Shown: positions 1 through 10,376, counted from the stretch's first letter. The stretch: 64,000 nt of DNA from Nitrosopumilus sp. (GCA_963662625.1 OY759726.1:1280001-1344000), one strand, 5' to 3'. Translations and numbers: made by a program. The notes: generated by a model from the letters alone, not told the origin.

Positions 1-597
1 CCCGGAACCGTGCCAGGGGGCGTACGACAGGATGAGCTCCACGGCCCTGCCAAAGTCGCGGCGCAGGATCGCCTCCCCCACCAGGTGCGTCACCGGGCGC
101 CTCGAGCCGAACCTCTGGTACCCGTAGAAGTTCAGGATCCTGCCGTGCTCGGCAAAGTCCTCCAGGCCCGGCCCGTGGCCGGAGATCCTTATCCTGAAGC
201 CGTTGCCCACCATGTCCCTCTTCGAGAGGGGCCTCCTCGCGAACCCGATCCTCTCGATCGAGAACCTCTCGGCGGCGAACCTTTCCAGGGACCTCCCCCT
301 GCCGACCGAGCAGACAAACTGCCTTGTCACGGCCGACGCGTCCTTCAGGCCCAGGGCCTTCAGCCTGATCCCTGTCTTGTCCAGTATGCCCGAGAGCGCG
401 TGGGCCGTGTCGATGTTCCTCTTCTCCAGCACGTACACGGCGTAGCCGGGCCCCTCCCTGATCGACGCGAGCGCCCCGTCGGAGATCACCTCGTCCACCC
501 GGAAGCTCTCCGGCGTGTCCCTGATGCTGCCGCCTATGCCCTGGGAGCCGGTCGCGTAGGCGCCGATGCCCACGTGGGAGTCTATCCTGGGGATCAC
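1..597 (-). CDS. truD: tRNA pseudouridine(13) synthase TruD (5' part; continues past window start)
   Basis: Translated by hand (not in ORF track). GTG at 597 overlaps the upstream TGA (GTGA). Reads MIPRIDSHVGIGAYATGSQGIGGSIRDTPESFRVDE..., then the LGLKDASAVTRQ catalytic motif and GNRFRIRI. Confidence 0.85.
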   Translation of the reverse strand, partial: MIPRIDSHVGIGAYATGSQGIGGSIRDTPESFRVDEVISDGALASIREGPGYAVYVLEKRNIDTAHALSGILDKTGIRLKALGLKDASAVTRQFVCSVGRGRSLERFAAERFSIERIGFARRPLSKRDMVGNGFRIRISGHGPGLEDFAEHGRILNFYGYQRFGSRRPVTHLVGEAILRRDFGRAVELILSYAPWHGSG

Positions 598-2177
598 GGC
601 CCCACTACTACGGTGAGGAACTTGCCCACGGAGACCTCGTCTGTCTGGGCGCCCAGGAGCACCTTGTACTGGCCGGGGACCGCGTCCTCGGTGGCGGCCA
701 CCATGGCAGTTATCGTCCTCGCTCCGTCATGGCCATCCTGGAACGCCTCCGGCAACTCGGTGCCGACCCCCAGGAAGTACTCTGAGGACGCGGCAAACGG
801 CGACATGCCGGGCAGTTCCTGCCCGCCGTTGGGCGTCACCGTGAACGTGGTGATCGTGGGGCTGCCGGGCGACACCGCCACTATGCCGGTGCCCAGGTCC
901 ACGTCGAAGGGGAGGGCCACCGAGGTGTCTACCACGCCGATGTTGTTCTCCACCCACTCCGTAAACCAGATCTTCTCGCCGTGTATGGCAAAGTCGAACA
1001 CCTGGGCCACCCCGCAGTCCTCCATGTCGCCGCAGTCGGCCCAGTTGGGATTCTTTGACGGCACGAGGTACTCCACCAGGCGCTCCTGAGACGGGTCGAA
1101 CACCCCGATCCTGTTTGCCGTCTGCTCGGTGAACACGATGTTGCCGGCGCCGTCCGTGTCTATCCAGTACGGCCGGGTCACCGGGGACTTTACGACGCCG
1201 GTAGCGTTCCCGTAGGTCGAGACGTCCGGGTTCGACGTCACGAACTTCGTAAACCTGGATGTGGCCGGGTCGAACGCGAAGAAGAACGAGCTCGAGGTGT
1301 CCGCAAGCCACACGTTCCCGTCGTCGTGGACGGCGACGCCGTTGATCGTCGTGGCGTCCTCCGGCAGCGGGAACAGGCTCATGAATTCCTGCAGGTCCGA
1401 GCCGCCCGGAGTCTCCGAGTAGCCGCCGTAGTCGAACTTTGCCAGCAGCCCCGACTGCGGGAACACCCACGACGTGAACCAGATGTTCTTTTCGGCGTCG
1501 GTGTCAAAGTCGCTGGCCACCGAGCCGTTGATGATCGGCGGGATCATCAGCATGTTCGCGTCGTTTTCCAGGGGGGTGAGGATCACCATCTTCCCCCCGA
1601 TAAAGTCGTTGAACACGATGTCGGATCCCAGGACGCTGATCTTCTGCGGCATCGCGCCGCCCTCCCCCGCGGGGTACTCCACCAGCCCGTAGGACCCGTC
1701 AAAGGGCGAGAACTTCCATACCGCGTCGAAAAAGTCGTCGGTAAACCACAGGGAGCCGTCGGGGGCGTAGTCCATGCCCCACATGACCGAGCGCCCGCCG
1801 TCGGGCCACGAGGGGTTCTCGAACTCGGTGAACGACTCCGTGAGGGGGTCGAACTTTGAGACGTTGCCGGTGTTGGACTGGACGAACCAGACCGTCCCGT
1901 CGTAGTCCGTGACGATCGCCAGGGGGTTGGTGCAGTCGGTGGGGATCTTGTACTCCCTGACGTACGCGGTGGACTTTGCCTCGCCCGTGCCGCAGAACTG
2001 GTCCCTCTGCTCCACCGGGTAGTTGTCGGCGGGCGTGCCCGTGGCGTCCATGCCCGGAGGGTCCTCGAGCGGCGCCATCAGGCCGGGCAGCGATATCATG
2101 ACGGTCGACGTGAGCAGGATGACGCCGAAGAATATGGCGACTGCCAGCCCCATCTTTCTCATGAGTTGGACAAACAA
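594..2177 (-). CDS. Membrane-anchored/secreted Vgb (virginiamycin B lyase)-like beta-propeller protein
   Basis: N-terminal hydrophobic helix, repeated DG-x-VWF/IWF blades, Ig-like C-terminal domain. Confidence 0.7.
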   Translation of the reverse strand: MFVQLMRKMGLAVAIFFGVILLTSTVMISLPGLMAPLEDPPGMDATGTPADNYPVEQRDQFCGTGEAKSTAYVREYKIPTDCTNPLAIVTDYDGTVWFVQSNTGNVSKFDPLTESFTEFENPSWPDGGRSVMWGMDYAPDGSLWFTDDFFDAVWKFSPFDGSYGLVEYPAGEGGAMPQKISVLGSDIVFNDFIGGKMVILTPLENDANMLMIPPIINGSVASDFDTDAEKNIWFTSWVFPQSGLLAKFDYGGYSETPGGSDLQEFMSLFPLPEDATTINGVAVHDDGNVWLADTSSSFFFAFDPATSRFTKFVTSNPDVSTYGNATGVVKSPVTRPYWIDTDGAGNIVFTEQTANRIGVFDPSQERLVEYLVPSKNPNWADCGDMEDCGVAQVFDFAIHGEKIWFTEWVENNIGVVDTSVALPFDVDLGTGIVAVSPGSPTITTFTVTPNGGQELPGMSPFAASSEYFLGVGTELPEAFQDGHDGARTITAMVAATEDAVPGQYKVLLGAQTDEVSVGKFLTVVVGP

Positions 2178-2217
2178 CCACCATGTTATATCTCATTCCA
2201 AACCCGGGCCCGGGGGA

Positions 2218-2571
2218 TCACAGCAGTTTCAGCCGGCCCGTGATCCTGTCCACCATGTCCTCCGGAGCCGGGCCGATCGAGATGCAGGTGGTGGTCCCCG
2301 GGGCGACCTGGGTGTGCCCGGCGTCCGTGACCTCCGACCATGGCAGGCCCGACTCGGCGGCGTGCCTCTTCACGTCCTGGAGCTCCCTGATGCCGGGAAC
2401 CTTTACCACCACCTTCTCCTGGCCGGCCCACCACTCGGAGAACCACTCCGGGTGCGACTCCCTCACGCGCTCGGCGCCTAGGACGCACGCGTGGCCCACC
2501 TGGGCGGCGATCTTCCCCCTGCCCATCCCGAGGTCCGTCCGGACCACCACCACCTGCTTGACGCCGCCCAT
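2218..2571 (-). CDS. pth2: Peptidyl-tRNA hydrolase Pth2
   Basis: RTDLGMGRGKIAAQVGHA, DAGHTQVAPGT and IGPAP motifs. Confidence 0.95.
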   Translation of the reverse strand: MGGVKQVVVVRTDLGMGRGKIAAQVGHACVLGAERVRESHPEWFSEWWAGQEKVVVKVPGIRELQDVKRHAAESGLPWSEVTDAGHTQVAPGTTTCISIGPAPEDMVDRITGRLKLL

Positions 2572-2638
2572 CCAAATACCAAGGCACCCGCCTAATGAAA
2601 AACTTTTGAATTAAATAATTGGCAGTGGAACGGAACCC

Positions 2639-3775
2639 ATGAAATACGACGTGGCGATCGCCGGCGGAAGCGTGGCCGGGCTGCTCTGCGCGAGGGAGGC
2701 CGCGGCGGGGGGCCACAGCGTGCTCGTGGTCGAGGACGACTACGAGGTGGGGACGCCGGAACACTGCGGGGGGCTGGTGAGCGCCGCCGGCCTGGGCGAG
2801 CTCGGGATCGTCCCGCTCGGGAAGACCCTCGGGCACCGGATACGGTCGGCACGGGTCTTCGCCCCGGACGGGGGCAGCTTCGAGGTGGACTCGGCCAGGC
2901 AGGGGGTGCTGGAGGTGGACCGGAGGGAGCTCGACAAGCAGGTGGCGCGCCAGGCGCAGAAGAACGGCGCCGAGATACGGGTCAGGACGAGCTTCTTGGG
3001 GGCCACCGGGGAGGGGATAAGGACCAGCGGGGGGAACGTGGGGTGCAGGATATTCGTAGACGCGAGGGGGGTGTCGTCGCTGGCGCAGAAGGACAGGACG
3101 GGGATCATGCCGTCAGCCCAGTACGAGGTATGCGCGGACTGGGTAAGGAAGGGGCGCGTGGAGGTGCACCTTGACCAGGAAAAGTACCCGGGCTTCTTTG
3201 CTTGGGTGATACCGTCCGGCGAGGGAAGGGGCAAGGCGGGGGTCGCCGGCAGGGGGATCAACGCGGCAGACGCCCTGGACGGGTTCCTCGCGGCAAGGGG
3301 CGGGTGCTCCGTGATCAGGAAGATCTACGCCCCGATATGGATCAACGGCCCGATAGGGAGGTTCGTCGACGGCACGGCGGTTACAGTCGGCGACGCGGCG
3401 GGCCAGGCAAAGCCGACCACCGCGGGGGGCATCTACTCCAGCGGGATGGGCGGCCTCCTGGCGGGAAGGGCGATATCGAGGTTCCTGTCCACCGGCAGGG
3501 AGTCCGACCTGGGGGAGTACCCGGAAAACTGGAAGCGCATGTTCGGGGGGGAGTTCGAGAGGCAGCTCCTCGCGAGGAGGATCCTCGAACGGCTGGACAA
3601 CGGCACGATAAGCGGGCTGTGCCGGTCGGTGACCCCGGAGACGGCGGGGGCGATGTCCGCGGAGGACGACTTTGACTTCCACGTGGGCTCCGTCGTGCGG
3701 CTCCTCGGGGTGAGGGGATCCGCCCGGGCTGCGCGGGCGCTGGCAGGCGGGGGGCTGAAAAAGATCCTGGGATGA
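2639..3775 (+). CDS. Geranylgeranyl reductase-family FAD-dependent oxidoreductase
   Basis: N-terminal FAD motif, PEHCGG, WVIP and VGDAAGQAKPTTAGGI. Confidence 0.8.
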   Translation: MKYDVAIAGGSVAGLLCAREAAAGGHSVLVVEDDYEVGTPEHCGGLVSAAGLGELGIVPLGKTLGHRIRSARVFAPDGGSFEVDSARQGVLEVDRRELDKQVARQAQKNGAEIRVRTSFLGATGEGIRTSGGNVGCRIFVDARGVSSLAQKDRTGIMPSAQYEVCADWVRKGRVEVHLDQEKYPGFFAWVIPSGEGRGKAGVAGRGINAADALDGFLAARGGCSVIRKIYAPIWINGPIGRFVDGTAVTVGDAAGQAKPTTAGGIYSSGMGGLLAGRAISRFLSTGRESDLGEYPENWKRMFGGEFERQLLARRILERLDNGTISGLCRSVTPETAGAMSAEDDFDFHVGSVVRLLGVRGSARAARALAGGGLKKILG

Positions 3776-3825
3776 CGCGCGCGGCGCAGGGAAGGTATAA
3801 ATGATGTTTACCGGGAATCTGGCTC

Positions 3826-4005
3826 ATGTCATCCACGATCTCGCTGCCCACGTGCGACTGCTGCAAAAGGCACATCATGCCCAACGACAAGTGCGTCAAG
3901 TTCAACTGCCCCAACTGCGGCGAAGTCCTGATATGGAGGTGCCAGAGCTGCAGGGAGGCGGCAAGGAGCTACACGTGCGGCTCCTGCAACTTCCAGGGGC
4001 CGTAG
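3826..4005 (+). CDS. Small archaeal zinc-finger protein (DUF1610/HVO_2753-like), 59 aa
   Basis: Below ORF cutoff: [59 protein letters not shown]. Four CxxC motifs, TATA at ~3796, usual position upstream of EF-1beta. Confidence 0.85.
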   Translation: MSSTISLPTCDCCKRHIMPNDKCVKFNCPNCGEVLIWRCQSCREAARSYTCGSCNFQGP

Positions 4006-4009
4006 GAAG

Positions 4010-4291
4010 ATGGCCCAACTGCTGCTCATAGCCAAGATCCTCCCGACGGGGACGGAGGTGGACCTTGACGCCCTGGCAGAAGGCATCAAGGGGGCGCTCA
4101 AGGACGGGATCGAGATGAAGAGGCACGCCAAGGAGCCCCTCGCGTTCGGCCTGGAATTCCTCAAGGCGGAGTTCGTCCTGGAGGACAGGGAGGGGCAGAT
4201 GGACGCGCTGGAGGACACCGTAAGGGGGGTCGAAGGGGTCAGCGAGTTCGAGGTCCTCAACATGAGCCGCATGTCAGTCGACATGAAGTAG
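4010..4291 (+). CDS. ef1b: Translation elongation factor 1-beta
   Basis: EPLAFGL motif, 93 aa, gene context. Confidence 0.9.
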   Translation: MAQLLLIAKILPTGTEVDLDALAEGIKGALKDGIEMKRHAKEPLAFGLEFLKAEFVLEDREGQMDALEDTVRGVEGVSEFEVLNMSRMSVDMK

Positions 4292-4299
4292 GTGGTCCC

Positions 4300-6468
4300 T
4301 TGACGCGCAAGGACGGGCCTTTGCAGATGAGAATCGGGGAGGCAAAGCAGAGGGACGTGGGCAAGAAGCGCGCGAGGATCGGCCCGGACGCCATGGACTA
4401 CCTCAAGGTGGCCCCGGGAGACGTCGTCGAGGTGGCCGGCTCCAGGTCAAGCTGCGCCGTAGTCTGGCCCGCCGACGAGGACGAGAAGTCCCAGGACGTC
4501 ATCAGGATCGACGGGCAGACGCGGAAGAACGTCGGCGCGTCGCTGAACGACATCGTGACGATAAGGAGGGCCGCCTCCAAGATCGCAAAGTCCGTCTCGC
4601 TGACCCCGGTGAGCGACACGGTCATGGTGGACAGGGAGTTCACCGACTTCGTGAAGAACAGGCTCAAGGGCCTGCCGATAACCCCCGGCGACGAGATATC
4701 CGTGATGATCCTGGGCAACTCAATGGACTTCAAGATCACGAAGACCGCGCCCAAGGACATAGTGAAGATCGACCGCCCCACCAAGATCACGATCTCCTCG
4801 GAGGCCGCGGCGGACAGGAAGGTCCGGGCCACGTACGAGGAGGTGGGCGGCCTGCGGGGAGAGGTCAGGGCCATGAGGGAGATCGTGGAACTCCCGCTGA
4901 GGCACCCCGAGCTGTTCGCGAGGCTGGGGATAGAGCCGCACAGCGGCATACTGCTTTACGGGCCCCCGGGCTGCGGCAAGACGCTGATCGCCAAGGTGCT
5001 CGCGAACGAGTCGGAGGCCAACATGTTCCTGATCAACGGGCCGGAGATCATGAACAAGTACTACGGGGAGACGGAGGCCAGGCTCCGGGACATATTCAAG
5101 GAGGCAAAGGACAACTCGCCGAGCATCATCTTCGTCGACGAGATCGACGCCATCGCCCCGAAGAGGGAGGAGGCGTACGGGGACGTGGAGAAGAGGGTGG
5201 TGGCGCAGCTGCTGGCGCTGATGGACGGCCTCAACGACAGGGGCAACGTGATCGTGCTGGGGGCCACGAACAGGCCGGACAGCGTCGACCCGGCGCTGAG
5301 GAGACCCGGCAGGTTCGACAGGGAGTTCGAGATATCGGTGCCAAACGAGGACGGCAGGCTCGAGATACTGCAGATCCACACGCGGGGGATGCCGGTCGAC
5401 GGCGGCGTCGACCTCAAGGACCTCGCCTCGGAGCTCCACGGCTACACGGGGGCCGACATCAAGTCGCTGTGCCGGGAGGCCGCGATGAAGTCGATCCACC
5501 GGTACCTCCCGGAGATCGATCTCGAGACCGAGCAGATCCCGTCGGAGGTCCTGCAGTCGATGCAGATAATGCTGGCCGACTTTTACGACGCGATGCACGA
5601 GGTGATCCCCACGGCGATGAGGGAGTTCTACGTGGAGAGGCCGAAGGTATGGTGGAGCGACGTGGGCGGGCTGGACGACGTGAAGAAGTCGCTGGCCGAC
5701 AACCTGATCCTGGCCATGAGGGAGCCTGGCAGGTTCACGAAGATGGGGATCCGGCCCCCGAAGGGAGCGCTGGTGTACGGCCCCCCCGGGTGCGGGAAGA
5801 CGCTCATCGCCAGGGCGCTGGCGACCGAGACGGGCGCCAACATGATCCTGGTCAGGGGGCCGGAGATCCTCTCTAGGTGGATCGGCGAGTCCGAGAAGGC
5901 GGTCCGGGAGATCTTCAGGAAGGCCAAGGCGTCGTCCCCGTGCATGGTGATCTTCGACGAGCTGGACTCCCTTGCGCGCTACAAGTCCGGGGAGGGGGGC
6001 GTCGGGGAGACGGTCCTGAGCCAGCTGCTGACGGAGATCGAGGAGGGGGCGTCGTCCCGCGTCGCGGTGATCGGGATCACGAACAGGCCGGACATCCTGG
6101 ACCACTCGCTGCTGCGGACGGGGCGGCTGGACCTGGTGCTGTACGTAGCGCCCCCCGACGAGAGGGGCAGGCTAGAGATCATCAAGATACTGACCAGAAA
6201 GATGCCGCTCGCAAGCGACGTCAAGCTGCAGGAGATCGCGGTGGCCACCCAGAACTACACGGGCGCGGACCTGGCCGCGCTGTGCAGGGAGGCCGCGGTC
6301 CAGGCGATGAAGGGCGACTCTGCGAGGATCTCCAACGGCGATTTTGCGAGGAGCCTCAAGCAGGTCAGGCCGTCGATCACCAAGGAGGTGGACCAGTGGT
6401 ACAACACCGTAAGAGAAAGTATATCTAACGTGGTGCCCAAGTCGGGGGATAGGGCGTTCTACGGGTAA
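4300..6468 (+). CDS. cdc48: Cdc48/VAT AAA+ ATPase
   Basis: Double-psi N domain, two GPPGCGKT Walker A motifs, DEID/DELD Walker B, SRH; C-terminal FYG. Confidence 0.95.
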   Translation: MTRKDGPLQMRIGEAKQRDVGKKRARIGPDAMDYLKVAPGDVVEVAGSRSSCAVVWPADEDEKSQDVIRIDGQTRKNVGASLNDIVTIRRAASKIAKSVSLTPVSDTVMVDREFTDFVKNRLKGLPITPGDEISVMILGNSMDFKITKTAPKDIVKIDRPTKITISSEAAADRKVRATYEEVGGLRGEVRAMREIVELPLRHPELFARLGIEPHSGILLYGPPGCGKTLIAKVLANESEANMFLINGPEIMNKYYGETEARLRDIFKEAKDNSPSIIFVDEIDAIAPKREEAYGDVEKRVVAQLLALMDGLNDRGNVIVLGATNRPDSVDPALRRPGRFDREFEISVPNEDGRLEILQIHTRGMPVDGGVDLKDLASELHGYTGADIKSLCREAAMKSIHRYLPEIDLETEQIPSEVLQSMQIMLADFYDAMHEVIPTAMREFYVERPKVWWSDVGGLDDVKKSLADNLILAMREPGRFTKMGIRPPKGALVYGPPGCGKTLIARALATETGANMILVRGPEILSRWIGESEKAVREIFRKAKASSPCMVIFDELDSLARYKSGEGGVGETVLSQLLTEIEEGASSRVAVIGITNRPDILDHSLLRTGRLDLVLYVAPPDERGRLEIIKILTRKMPLASDVKLQEIAVATQNYTGADLAALCREAAVQAMKGDSARISNGDFARSLKQVRPSITKEVDQWYNTVRESISNVVPKSGDRAFYG

Positions 6469-6470
6469 AA

Positions 6471-6755
6471 ATGGCGATTCCACTGAAAAACACGATATAC
6501 GACAGGATAAAGGATGCAGGCTCTATCACGGACACCGACCTCTACAAGGCCCTGGTCAAGAATGGGCCGGCGGTCTCCGAGGACCGGTACAACAAGCTGC
6601 TCCTCGACCTGGAGATACTCGGCCTGATCAGGGTGGCCTGGATAACCAAGGGCGAGCGGAGGATCGAGGCAGTCGAGGAGAAGTCGGGCGGCCGCGGGGA
6701 CGACGATGCCACGGAGAGGGACTACGAGGCGAGCTTCCCTGGCTTCAAGAAATGA
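6471..6755 (+). CDS. Conserved hypothetical protein (winged-helix-like)
   Basis: Starts 2 nt after cdc48; LLLDLEILGLIRV helix-wing pattern. Confidence 0.65.
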   Translation: MAIPLKNTIYDRIKDAGSITDTDLYKALVKNGPAVSEDRYNKLLLDLEILGLIRVAWITKGERRIEAVEEKSGGRGDDDATERDYEASFPGFKK

Positions 6756-6758
6756 CCG

Positions 6759-7664
6759 CTACGCCCTGAAGTGGAACGCCGCGTCCAGCGCCACCGCGAC
6801 GAAGATTATGGTGAGGTACGGGGCCGTGACCTTGTACGCCTTCCACGCGAACTCCGACGTCGGCTGCTTCGTAAGCCTGTAGTGGTACGCCAGCATCATG
6901 CCGCCGGCCGCCGCGGCGATCGCCGTGTACACTACCCCCATGCCGAACGCGTAGAGGACCAGCGAGTAGGGAAGCAGGATCATCGTGTTTGCCAGGATGT
7001 ACCTCGACGTCCGCTGCATCCCTATGACCACCGGGAGCATCGGGACGTCGGCCTTGGCGTACTCGTCCCTTATCTTCATCGCCAGGCACCAAAAGTGGGA
7101 TGGGGTCCACACGAACACCAGGAACCCCACCAGGAACCCCAGCACGTCCATGCTCGCGGTGGCGGCAGACCACCCCGCCCAGGCCGCCGCGCTGCCCGCG
7201 ATGCCGCCGATCACTATGTTGGACGTGTTCAGCCGCTTGAGCCACGCGGTGTACACCACCACGTAGGAGAATATGCCCAGCGCGATGAAGAAAGCCGACA
7301 CGGGGTTGAGGGCAAGGTACCCGTAGATCACGGAGGCGCAGCTGACCGCCAGGCCGTATGCCAGCACCCCGGATGGCGACATCCTCCCGGAGGGGATGGG
7401 CCTGGCGCTGGTGCGGTCCATGGTGCGGTCTATGTCCCTGTCGTAATAGTGGTTCAGGGCGCTGGAGCCGGCGGACGCCAGGGCGCCGGCCACCACTATG
7501 TGCAGGTATGCCATATGATCCAGATCCGGCGCGCCCTCGACTAGCCTGCTAGCTGCAAACATCGCCGTCACCGCGGTGATCACCAGCAATACGACGATCC
7601 TTGGTTTGGATATCTCCATTACTTCCTTAAGGCCCAACCTCACTCTATCCTGCCGCGTAGCCAT
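6759..7664 (-). CDS. ctaB: Protoheme IX farnesyltransferase (heme o synthase)
   Basis: NHYYDRDID, RTSARPIPSGR, YTAWLKR and WTPSHF motifs. Confidence 0.95.
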   Translation of the reverse strand: MATRQDRVRLGLKEVMEISKPRIVVLLVITAVTAMFAASRLVEGAPDLDHMAYLHIVVAGALASAGSSALNHYYDRDIDRTMDRTSARPIPSGRMSPSGVLAYGLAVSCASVIYGYLALNPVSAFFIALGIFSYVVVYTAWLKRLNTSNIVIGGIAGSAAAWAGWSAATASMDVLGFLVGFLVFVWTPSHFWCLAMKIRDEYAKADVPMLPVVIGMQRTSRYILANTMILLPYSLVLYAFGMGVVYTAIAAAAGGMMLAYHYRLTKQPTSEFAWKAYKVTAPYLTIIFVAVALDAAFHFRA

Positions 7665-7765
7665 TTAATTTATTCGACTTTGCCCCGCACCGCCCCCGGG
7701 AGCGGGGCCGCCTCCCCCGCCGCTAGGCAACACTTTAAACCTTCAAAATTTTCACTGTACTTCGT

Positions 7766-7840
7766 GCCAATGTAGCTCAGCCTGGCTAGAGCATTCGCCT
7801 TGTAAGCGAAAGGTCGTGGGTTCGGATCCCGCCATTGGCT
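7766..7840 (+). tRNA. tRNA-Thr(UGU), intronless
   Basis: GCCAATG/CATTGGC acceptor stem, TTCGC-CT-TGT-AA-GCGAA anticodon arm, GTGGG-TTCGGAT-CCCGC T arm; CCA not encoded. Confidence 0.95.
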
Positions 7841-8100
7841 TGTGTAGTACGAGATAGCGCATTGCCGCATGCGGCCCCGCGCCCGGCGCAGGCAGGGGCC
7901 GCGGCGGCCGGGCCCTTCCGGGAACGCGGCCGGCGGATGCGCCGGGCGCGGGCCTGCCGGGCAGCCCTGGCGGGAGCGGCGTCCCGGGGCCGCGCGGATC
8001 CTGATAACAAGCGTTTATTAGACCTAAAAAACGGACTTGATGCATCAAAATAATGACGGGGACGGTGACTTTTTCGTCATTGCCAAGAGACGAAAGCAAA

Positions 8101-9720
8101 ATGAAAAAATTTGAAGAATTGGGATTGAGAGAAGACCTGCTAAGGGCGATACGGGAGCTGGGGTTCGAGGAGACCTTCCCGATCCAGGAGGCGGTCATCC
8201 CGGTGCTGCTAACGGGAAGGGACGTCGTGGGCCAGGCGCACACGGGCTCCGGCAAGACGGCGGCATTCGCGCTGTCGATGCTGCAGGAGCTCAAGCCGGA
8301 AAAGGGCATCCAAGGGCTGATCATGGCCCCCACCAGGGAGCTCGCGATGCAGATTACGGACGAGATAAAGAAGTTCGGCAAGTACACCGACATCAGGGTC
8401 GCGACGGTGTACGGCGGGCAGGGAATGTCGATCCAGCTTGACGAGCTCGACAGGGGCGTGGAGATAGTAGTGGCCACGCCGGGCAGGCTGATCGACCACC
8501 TGAAGCGCGGATCCATCGATCTCAGGGACGTGACCCACATAGTGCTCGACGAGGCAGACACCATGCTGGACATGGGCTTCATCGACGACATACAGTTCAT
8601 CCTGGATCTGGCCCCCGAGGAGCGGGTGATGTCGATGTTTTCCGCCACCATGCCCACCGAGATCCTGAGGCTCTCCGAGGACTACCTGAAGAACCCAAAG
8701 CAGTTCCTGCTTGACGCAGACGACCTGAGCGGCGAGGGGATCGACCAGGCATTCCTGGTACTCAGGGACAGGGAAAAGTTCAAACACCTCATCAACTTCA
8801 TCAAGAAGGCCAAGGGACAGGCAATCGTGTTCTGCTCCACAAAGTACAGGACGCGTGACGTGGCCAAGTTCCTGCACCATGAAAAGTTCGGGGCGGTCGC
8901 CATCGAGGGGGACATGTCGCAGCACAGGCGGGAACAGTCGATGGCCAAGTTCAGGAGCGGCAAGGCCGACATCCTGGTGGCTACCGACGTCGCGTCAAGG
9001 GGGATAGACGTGCCCCGGGTGGCGCTCGTGGTGAACTACGACGTGCCGAACCAGGAGATGACGTACTTTCACAGGATTGGAAGGACCGCCCGGGCGGGCG
9101 GCAAGGGAAGGTCCGTGACCCTGGTCTCCTACTCGTCTGTGGGCGACTGGGAACTGATCAAGCGGCAGATCAAGGTCAAGCTTACGGATCTCAACGAGGA
9201 GATGGGGCTCAAGGTATCGATCCCGGATCCGCTGAAGAGGGAGGTCCAGTCAAGGAGGTATGGCGAGTCGAGGGGTGGATCCGAGAGGAGGCGCACCGGG
9301 GGATTCGGCCGGCCCGGTTCGTACAGGGACGCAAGGGACGACAGGCGCGGGCGCGATAGCTGGCGAGGCAGGGACGACAGGAGAAGCAGGGACGACAGGA
9401 GAAGCAGGGACGACAGGCGCGGGCGCGACGACCGGCGAGGCAGGGACGACAGGAGAAGCAGGGACGACAGGCGCGGGCGCGACGACCGGCGAGGCAGGGA
9501 CGACAGGAGAAGCAGGGACGACAGGCGCGGGCGCGACGACCGGCGAGGCAGGGACGACAGGAACAGGGACGACAGGAACAGGGACGACAGGAACAGGGAC
9601 GACAGGAACAGGGACGACAGGAACAGGGACGACAGGCGCGGGCGCGACGACCGATCCGGGGAGAGAAGGCGCGACGACCGCGGAGGGCGAAACCCCTACG
9701 GCGGCAAAAGCCGGTGGTGA
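8101..9720 (+). CDS. DEAD-box RNA helicase (DeaD/CsdA-like) with RD-rich tail; alternative start at 8053
   Basis: Q motif, [21 protein letters not shown] and HRIGRTAR. Confidence 0.92.
   Translation: MKKFEELGLREDLLRAIRELGFEETFPIQEAVIPVLLTGRDVVGQAHTGSGKTAAFALSMLQELKPEKGIQGLIMAPTRELAMQITDEIKKFGKYTDIRVATVYGGQGMSIQLDELDRGVEIVVATPGRLIDHLKRGSIDLRDVTHIVLDEADTMLDMGFIDDIQFILDLAPEERVMSMFSATMPTEILRLSEDYLKNPKQFLLDADDLSGEGIDQAFLVLRDREKFKHLINFIKKAKGQAIVFCSTKYRTRDVAKFLHHEKFGAVAIEGDMSQHRREQSMAKFRSGKADILVATDVASRGIDVPRVALVVNYDVPNQEMTYFHRIGRTARAGGKGRSVTLVSYSSVGDWELIKRQIKVKLTDLNEEMGLKVSIPDPLKREVQSRRYGESRGGSERRRTGGFGRPGSYRDARDDRRGRDSWRGRDDRRSRDDRRSRDDRRGRDDRRGRDDRRSRDDRRGRDDRRGRDDRRSRDDRRGRDDRRGRDDRNRDDRNRDDRNRDDRNRDDRNRDDRRGRDDRSGERRRDDRGGRNPYGGKSRW
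9334..9681 (+). repeat. Coding tandem repeats: 18-bp (S/G)RDDRR units, a 54-bp higher-order unit and five 15-bp NRDDR units
   Basis: Repeated agggacgacagg core visible in the DNA; in frame with the helicase. Confidence 0.9.
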
Positions 9721-9822
9721 CCGGGGACACGCCGCGGCAACCGCGCACTCCTGACGAAAGCCGGGCGGGCACCGCATAAACCTTTAAGGCATACAACGTG
9801 CTACCTACACTTAGGCAGAGCA

Positions 9823-10056
9823 ATGCATAGAGGCTTCATCTTACTAAACTGCGATCTTGGGGCAGAGGAGTACATCGTTGAGGAGTTGAAACAGATGCAG
9901 AAGGTGCGCAACGCGTACCTTACGTTTGGCGCGTACGACGTGGTGGGGGAGATCCATGCAGAGGACCGGGACGAGTTCGACAAGGCAGTATCCACGATCA
10001 GGAAGCTCTCGAGGGTGGTGAGCACCATGACGCTCAATGTCCTAAACCTGGAATGA
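9823..10056 (+). CDS. Lrp/AsnC ligand-binding (RAM) domain protein
   Basis: 77 aa, TFGAYDVV motif, STMTL C-terminus. Confidence 0.85.
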   Translation: MHRGFILLNCDLGAEEYIVEELKQMQKVRNAYLTFGAYDVVGEIHAEDRDEFDKAVSTIRKLSRVVSTMTLNVLNLE

Positions 10057-10376
10057 TTGTTATGGGGGACGGACAGGGTTACTTTGAAATGGAAAAGATA
10101 GAGTACGACGGGACGGTCTGGGCAATCGACCACAACAACCCGGAGCCGCTGGTGGAGCACGCGTTACACACGCTGGAACTGCACGGGGTGAGGAGGGAGG
10201 ACATCGTCCTGACGGACGCTCCCGAGAACGTCCAGGTCGGGGCGATAGTGGTGGAGATCTGGCCCTACCACCTGGACGTCGCGAGGGTCAGGACGATCAG
10301 GAACGAGTCGTTCATCAGCGGGACCGTGATGACCATCGAGTTGAAGCTGGACGAAGAGGGCAACTACACTGATTAG
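10053..10376 (+). CDS. Conserved hypothetical protein
   Basis: ATGA overlap with the upstream gene; protein-like acidic composition. Confidence 0.65.
   Translation: MIVMGDGQGYFEMEKIEYDGTVWAIDHNNPEPLVEHALHTLELHGVRREDIVLTDAPENVQVGAIVVEIWPYHLDVARVRTIRNESFISGTVMTIELKLDEEGNYTD

Noticed and set aside
10-1089. 359-aa plus-strand ORF
   Set aside because: Antisense to truD and the Vgb-like gene; no recognisable motifs.
7766-7860. Integrated element at tRNA-Thr or tRNA-His
   Set aside because: No integrase and no duplicated tRNA 3' end noticed; flanks are core genes.
9209-9823. Alternative-frame repeat ORFs (GTTGEA, PVVPV and SCRPC repeats)
   Set aside because: Shadows of the helicase RDDR repeat in other frames and on the other strand.
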